This document shows positions 59,149 through 64,000 of a stretch of 64,000 nucleotides of DNA, piece by piece; position 1 is the first letter of the stretch; each line of letters opens with the position of its first letter. The notes beneath the pieces are model-generated. The model was not told the DNA's origin and did no database searches. It saw nothing but the letters and a program-made list of their open reading frames with translations. The stretch is from positions 288,001 to 352,000 of the forward strand of contig OY970368.1 of assembly GCA_963718615.1 (NCBI GenBank), in the 5' to 3' direction. The DNA is from an uncultured cyanobacterium (GTDB taxonomy: Bacteria; Cyanobacteriota; Cyanobacteriia; PCC-9006; JAAUQQ01). The position numbers and the translations under genes are program-made.

Positions 59149-60669
59149 GTGAATCATTTGCCTATGACTCCCCCAGAGAGGATGCCGATGGATATGACAC
59201 CGGAGCAGCGATCGCTCTACGACAAGATTCAAGCCTTTGTCCTGGATGAACCCGGCGCGACGTTCCCCTTTAGTCGGCGGTTGGCGAAGGAAAATCGTTG
59301 GTCTGTCCAACAAACCCAGCGGGCGATCGCCGAATATCGTAAATTTGTCTTTCTCGCCATGGTTGCGGGTCACCCAGTCTCTCCCTCCGAGGCCGTGGAC
59401 CAAGTCTGGCATCTCCATTTGCTCTACACCCAATCCTACTGGGATCGCTTTTGCGGCCAGGTTCTGGGTCGGCCTTTGCACCACATGCCGACGCTGGGAG
59501 GGCAGCAGGAGCACGATAAATTTGAGACTTGGTATGGCCAAACCCTAGACAGCTACGAGCGTTTCTTTGGGCTAGCTCCGGCAGAGGTGTGGCCCGCTGC
59601 CGCCGTCCAGTCCGCTCAGCGGAGCCGTGTAGGACAGAAATGGCTTTGGCTGGGGCTGCTAGGGGTGTTGGGAATGGTTATGGCTTGGGCCTTGAGTGGT
59701 GAGGCTGCCCTGGCCAGTGATACGCTCAACCCTTTGAACTATCGGGGTCCTGAGTTTCTTCGCCTGTATCTCGTCCTCTCTGGGGTTTGCTTCGGAGTGG
59801 CCCAAGTCCTGCGGTTTCTTGCCCGCCGCTCGGAGTCCAGTCTGGGCCAGGATTCTACCCTTGATGTCTATGAGCAGGCCTATTTGGCCGGAGGCTCCCG
59901 GCGGGCGGTGGAAACGGCGATCGCCAAACTCGCCATGTTGGAAATCATTACCCTCGACAAAGCCGGTAACCTCGACCTGCAAAAGGATTTGGCGGATGCT
60001 CTGACGCTGGCTTCCCATCCCTTGGAACAGGCGATCGCCACCCTGCTTCAAGACAAGAGCCATTCGCTCTGCGACCTAATCCCGCAGGCTAGCCTGCAGC
60101 CGCTCTTGCAACCCCTGGGCGATCGCCTGCGAACCGAACACCTGCTAATGACCCCGGAACAAATCCAGCGGAGGCAGTGGCTGTCTGCGGGGGTCATGGC
60201 GTTACCCCTGCTCCTGGGGGGCAGCAAGATTTTTGTGGGATTGTCTCGACTCAAGCCGGTGGGGTTTTTGGTGATCCTTTGTTTGATCACGGCGGTAGCA
60301 GCGCTAATCCTGTTGACGACGGTTGGCAAGGAGCGAACGTGGAGCGGTGATCGACGACTACAAACTTTGATGGCGCAGCCTTTAGCTTCCCATGGGGCTC
60401 GGGCTGGGTCTCAAGGGTCTGAAGTGATAGGAGCTGAAACGGTAGGAGCTGAAACGGTAGGAGCTGAAGTGGAGGCGATCGCCCAATCCGTGGCGGTCCT
60501 AGGCGTCAGTGCCCTGGCCGGAACCCCTTACGCCAGCTTTATCCCAGGATTGAAATCTGTTCCCGCAAGTGCTTCAAGCGGCTGGAGCAGCGGGGATAGT
60601 GGCAGTAGCTGTGGGAGCAGTTGCGGCAGTAGTTGTGGAGGGGGCTGTGGCGGCTGTGGCGGAGATTGA
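59149..60669 (+). CDS. TIGR04222-domain membrane protein with glycine-rich-domain-like N-terminus and Cys/Gly tail
   Basis: F..RLA.EN.WS, EY.KF, VDQVWHLHL.YT..Y, GPEFL.LY, YLAGG, SCGSSCGGGCGGCGG. Confidence 0.88.
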   Translation: MNHLPMTPPERMPMDMTPEQRSLYDKIQAFVLDEPGATFPFSRRLAKENRWSVQQTQRAIAEYRKFVFLAMVAGHPVSPSEAVDQVWHLHLLYTQSYWDRFCGQVLGRPLHHMPTLGGQQEHDKFETWYGQTLDSYERFFGLAPAEVWPAAAVQSAQRSRVGQKWLWLGLLGVLGMVMAWALSGEAALASDTLNPLNYRGPEFLRLYLVLSGVCFGVAQVLRFLARRSESSLGQDSTLDVYEQAYLAGGSRRAVETAIAKLAMLEIITLDKAGNLDLQKDLADALTLASHPLEQAIATLLQDKSHSLCDLIPQASLQPLLQPLGDRLRTEHLLMTPEQIQRRQWLSAGVMALPLLLGGSKIFVGLSRLKPVGFLVILCLITAVAALILLTTVGKERTWSGDRRLQTLMAQPLASHGARAGSQGSEVIGAETVGAETVGAEVEAIAQSVAVLGVSALAGTPYASFIPGLKSVPASASSGWSSGDSGSSCGSSCGSSCGGGCGGCGGD

Positions 60670-60869
60670 GGTTTCGTGACGGTCCGCACCCCACGGGTCT
60701 TGCGCTAACCCGCTCGAAAATACCCATAAAAAAAAGGAGAGCCACCAAAGTGACTCCCCCGATCATCAGGGTGCATCTACACTTCTATTAATACCGCAAG
60801 GGGGTGGGGGGTGTCACCCCCTCTGAGCCTTTTTTCTGTAATTTCAGTAAATTCACCGCCCTTGCTGTA

Positions 60870-62387
60870 TCAGCCTTTCAGCTTTTTGCTGAGGATCTCG
60901 TTGGTCAGCTTTGGATCAACACGTCCGCCGCTTTTTTGCATCAGTTGACCAATGAAAAATCCCTGAAGTTTGGTCTTACCGGCGCGAAACTGTTCAACCT
61001 TGTCCGGATTTGCGGTCATGACTTCATCGATCATTGCTTCAATGGCAGCGGGATCAGAGATCTGGGTCAGCCCCTTAGAGTCCACAAGGGCCTTTGCCGA
61101 TCCGCCTTTTTCTAGCATTTCCGGCAAAATTTCCTTGGCAATCTTACCGCTGATGGTGCCATCGTCAATCAATTGAACTAGCTCCGCCAGCATTTCAGGT
61201 TTGAGCGGCAGATCAGCAATGCTCATCCCCACGTTGCTGTTGAGGTAGGCGGCGATGTCCCCCATCACCCAGTTGGCGACGAGTTTGGGGGTGGCTCCCG
61301 TGGCGATCGCCGCCTCAAAATAGGCCGCTACCGCTTTCTCATCCGTCAGCACCCGCGCATCGTAGGGCGAGAGACCCAGTTCATCTTCGTAGCGATGGCG
61401 CTTTTGGGCAGGCAGCTCTGGCAATTCAGCTTTCCAGCCGTCCCGCTGTTCCGCTGAGACTTCGATGGGGCCAAGGTCCGGTTCCGGAAAATAGCGGTAG
61501 TCACTGGAGCCCTCTTTGCTGCGCATGCTAATGGTGCGCTGGTTGCTTTCGTCCCAGAGGCGAGTTTCTTGAACAATGGAACTTCCTTCGCCGCTTTCGA
61601 TCGCCTCGACTTGCCGTTCGATTTCGTACTCGATCGCCCGCTGAATCGCACTAAAGGAGTTCATGTTCTTGATCTCGACCTTAGTGCCGAACTCTGCACG
61701 ACCCTTAGGCCGAACAGAAATATTCACATCACAGCGCAGAGACCCCTCCTGCATGTTGCCATCGCTAACGCCGAGGTAACGGACGATGCGACGGATCTCC
61801 TGGGCATACTCAGCCGCCTCTCGGCCCGTGCGCAGATCCGGTTCTGAGACAATTTCGATCAGGGGAACCCCTGCGCGGTTGTAGTCCACGAGGGAATGGG
61901 TGGAACCTGCCAGACGGTCACTGCCCGCATGGACCAATTTGCCCGCATCTTCTTCCATGTGCAGCCGGGTGATGCCGATGCGCTTGGTTTGAGCTTTGCC
62001 GTTTTCGTCGAGCAGGGGTTCACCCTTGTTATCGGTGAGTTCGATCTCGATCCAGCCATGTTCCGCGATGGGTAGGTCGTACTGGGAGATCTGATAGTTT
62101 TTGGGGAGGTCCGGATAGAAATACTGTTTGCGATCGAACTTGCTGTAGGGGGCAATCTGACAGTTCAGCGCTAGCCCCGCCTTGACGGCATACTCCAGCA
62201 CAGTTTGGTTGAGCACCGGCAGCGTTCCCGGCATCCCCATGCAAACCGGGTCAATGTGGGTATTGGGAACGGCTCCAAATTCCGTGGAACTGTTGGAGAA
62301 GATTTTGGTGTTTGTACTCAGTTGGCAGTGGGTTTCTAGGCCGATGACGGCTTCGTATTCGATTTTGGCAGGGGCAGCAACGGGCAT
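60870..62387 (-). CDS. gatB: Asp-tRNA(Asn)/Glu-tRNA(Gln) amidotransferase subunit B
   Basis: [43 protein letters not shown]. Confidence 0.98.
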   Translation of the reverse strand: MPVAAPAKIEYEAVIGLETHCQLSTNTKIFSNSSTEFGAVPNTHIDPVCMGMPGTLPVLNQTVLEYAVKAGLALNCQIAPYSKFDRKQYFYPDLPKNYQISQYDLPIAEHGWIEIELTDNKGEPLLDENGKAQTKRIGITRLHMEEDAGKLVHAGSDRLAGSTHSLVDYNRAGVPLIEIVSEPDLRTGREAAEYAQEIRRIVRYLGVSDGNMQEGSLRCDVNISVRPKGRAEFGTKVEIKNMNSFSAIQRAIEYEIERQVEAIESGEGSSIVQETRLWDESNQRTISMRSKEGSSDYRYFPEPDLGPIEVSAEQRDGWKAELPELPAQKRHRYEDELGLSPYDARVLTDEKAVAAYFEAAIATGATPKLVANWVMGDIAAYLNSNVGMSIADLPLKPEMLAELVQLIDDGTISGKIAKEILPEMLEKGGSAKALVDSKGLTQISDPAAIEAMIDEVMTANPDKVEQFRAGKTKLQGFFIGQLMQKSGGRVDPKLTNEILSKKLKG

Positions 62388-62460
62388 AGGCTTATCTACA
62401 GCAATCTCAGCATGAATGATAGTCCTATTTTAGGGGAACCTTTGCTGGAGCAGCACTGTC

Positions 62461-63651
62461 CTAGGGCGCTGACCGCAGGGTTAGGGGGATATAGCGGTCT
62501 AAAACCATGGCAATTTTGTCAGATTGGATGGGTTTGGAGACAAATTCTGTCGCCCCGACAATTTTGCTGCGTAGGCGATCGACCATGCCATCATTACTGG
62601 TCAAAATCACTAAGGGGATATCTCGTAGAAAACTCACGCGGCGAATTTGGGTGCAAAGCTCATAGCCACTGATGACCGGCATGACTAAATCGACAAACAC
62701 CAAATCCGGCTTCTGTTCAATAATTTCCTGAAGGGCGCGAACCGAGTCCTGGACGCTTGCATAGCGATAGCCAAATCCTTGCACCATTTGACCTAAGTGG
62801 CTACAAACATTGGGATTATCATCGATACAAAAGACCAAGGGAGTTTGCTGGGTGGAGTTCTGGTTTTTGGCTTCCGTGGCGCGGGGCCAAGGGGGGGGGA
62901 AATCCTTAATTCGCTCAAACTGAATGAGATCCTGCCGTTCGTAAATTGCCAGGGATTGGGTTAGCGCTAAAAAATGTTGAGACAGCAGCGGGGCAATCTC
63001 CCGCAGAGAAAGCTGTCCTTTTAGAAAGTTACTGAGGGTATTATAGGTGTTGGCGGAAACTCGGTTTTGGAGGGTGGTGCGATCGCAAATAATCGGAGCC
63101 AAATTCGGGGAATAGGCTTCTAACTGTGCCGCTCGCCAGCAATTCCATAAATTTTGAACCGGCTCAACGGTTTTCCCAATGGGGGGAAGAAAGGCAATTT
63201 GACCGGCGCAGTAATCCTCCCCTTCTAGGGTATCAATCCGCTCCACGGCTGAGAAGTTTTGGATGAGTTCAAACAGGACTTCTTGAATATTTTCTTGGAT
63301 GATTTGAGCGATCGCAGCACGTCCCACTCGTCCCTCTTGAAAGAGATGGGTGAGCACCTGATATTCCCACAGGAGTGAAGACTGAAAAGCCTGAAGCTTA
63401 CGAAGATGGGGATATAGTTCCGGACAAATAAGACGCAGCAAGCGATGCCAACGACGAAATCGATGTTCTCCTTCCGTAGCCCAAATGATGCGCCCAAGCC
63501 GAAAGACTAAACAGAACCGCAGGGTCTCTGAACAGGTAAACACAAGACATCCGGTGAGCTGCTGTTGGGCAGCCTGTTGCATCTGAATTTCAAAGCCTTG
63601 TAGAGCTAAATCGAGGTAAACAGGCTCCTGTCGTTCCGTAATGAGCGCCAT
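62461..63651 (-). CDS. PatA-type response regulator (PATAN plus C-terminal receiver)
   Basis: N-terminal TG.L...G.I.WA...H..RRW.R, and receiver CIDD...VDLVMP..SGYELC...LT...KP. Confidence 0.9.
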   Translation of the reverse strand: MALITERQEPVYLDLALQGFEIQMQQAAQQQLTGCLVFTCSETLRFCLVFRLGRIIWATEGEHRFRRWHRLLRLICPELYPHLRKLQAFQSSLLWEYQVLTHLFQEGRVGRAAIAQIIQENIQEVLFELIQNFSAVERIDTLEGEDYCAGQIAFLPPIGKTVEPVQNLWNCWRAAQLEAYSPNLAPIICDRTTLQNRVSANTYNTLSNFLKGQLSLREIAPLLSQHFLALTQSLAIYERQDLIQFERIKDFPPPWPRATEAKNQNSTQQTPLVFCIDDNPNVCSHLGQMVQGFGYRYASVQDSVRALQEIIEQKPDLVFVDLVMPVISGYELCTQIRRVSFLRDIPLVILTSNDGMVDRLRSKIVGATEFVSKPIQSDKIAMVLDRYIPLTLRSAP

Positions 63652-64000
63652 AGTTTAAGGCAAGATTTGTATAAGACTAACTGCGTGGCAATCGCACCTT
63701 GGCTGACGATGAAACCCTATCATTTAGAAAGAATTGAAGAACAAATCATCAGATGACGGATCTCCTCCGTAAATATCCATAAATGCCCCCTCTATCCTGT
63801 AAGTTTCATGTATGTCGCTGGTATGAATAGAGTACCCGGAGCTCCAGATTTCTCAGCAAATCAATCTATTCGCGACGGAATCATACCTATGTAACGGATT
63901 CCGTTTCAGAGTTCCTAAGGGAAGAGACTTTTGGGGATTATGGGTTCAATGGATCAAACTCTTGAATTCTCTAATCTCAATTTAAAAAGCCGCAGGTCAG

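Overview
Cyanobacterial chromosomal DNA: the HIP1 octamer GCGATCGC is frequent in core genes, and ndhB, ccsB, hpnH, an sbtA-like gene and a PatA-type regulator are present. The housekeeping backbone (gcvP, ndhB, topA, pstS-like, hpnH, ccsB, comM/yifB, PPTase, bcp, coaX, purU, gatB) is interrupted by several AT-richer, HIP1-poor accessory blocks. (i) 3.9-7.5 kb is an integrase-less, integron-like relic with degenerate attC-like sites and a duplicated leader element; it carries a GNAT, a YciI fragment and an AAA-ATPase/TOPRIM-like (DUF4276) pair. (ii) 15.2-20.4 kb holds a small island with a miniature PspA/Vipp1-like gene, a 674-bp Uma2 duplication, RM-gene remnants and a deleted IS. (iii) 26.7-44.7 kb has a sulfotransferase-DUF1214-DUF1254 operon, an IS4 interrupted by an IS21, an IS1380 with a duplicated left end inside a rhodanese gene, and a membrane-protease/PspC/M23 cluster. 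(iv) 50.4-57.7 kb has an orphan HicB-type ribbon-helix-helix regulator facing a promoter overlaid by TGATATCA palindromes, unknown genes, an RTX-repeat protein and a duplicated purU 3' end. I recognised no rRNA, tRNA or CRISPR array. All family assignments come from motif recognition by eye, not from database searches.
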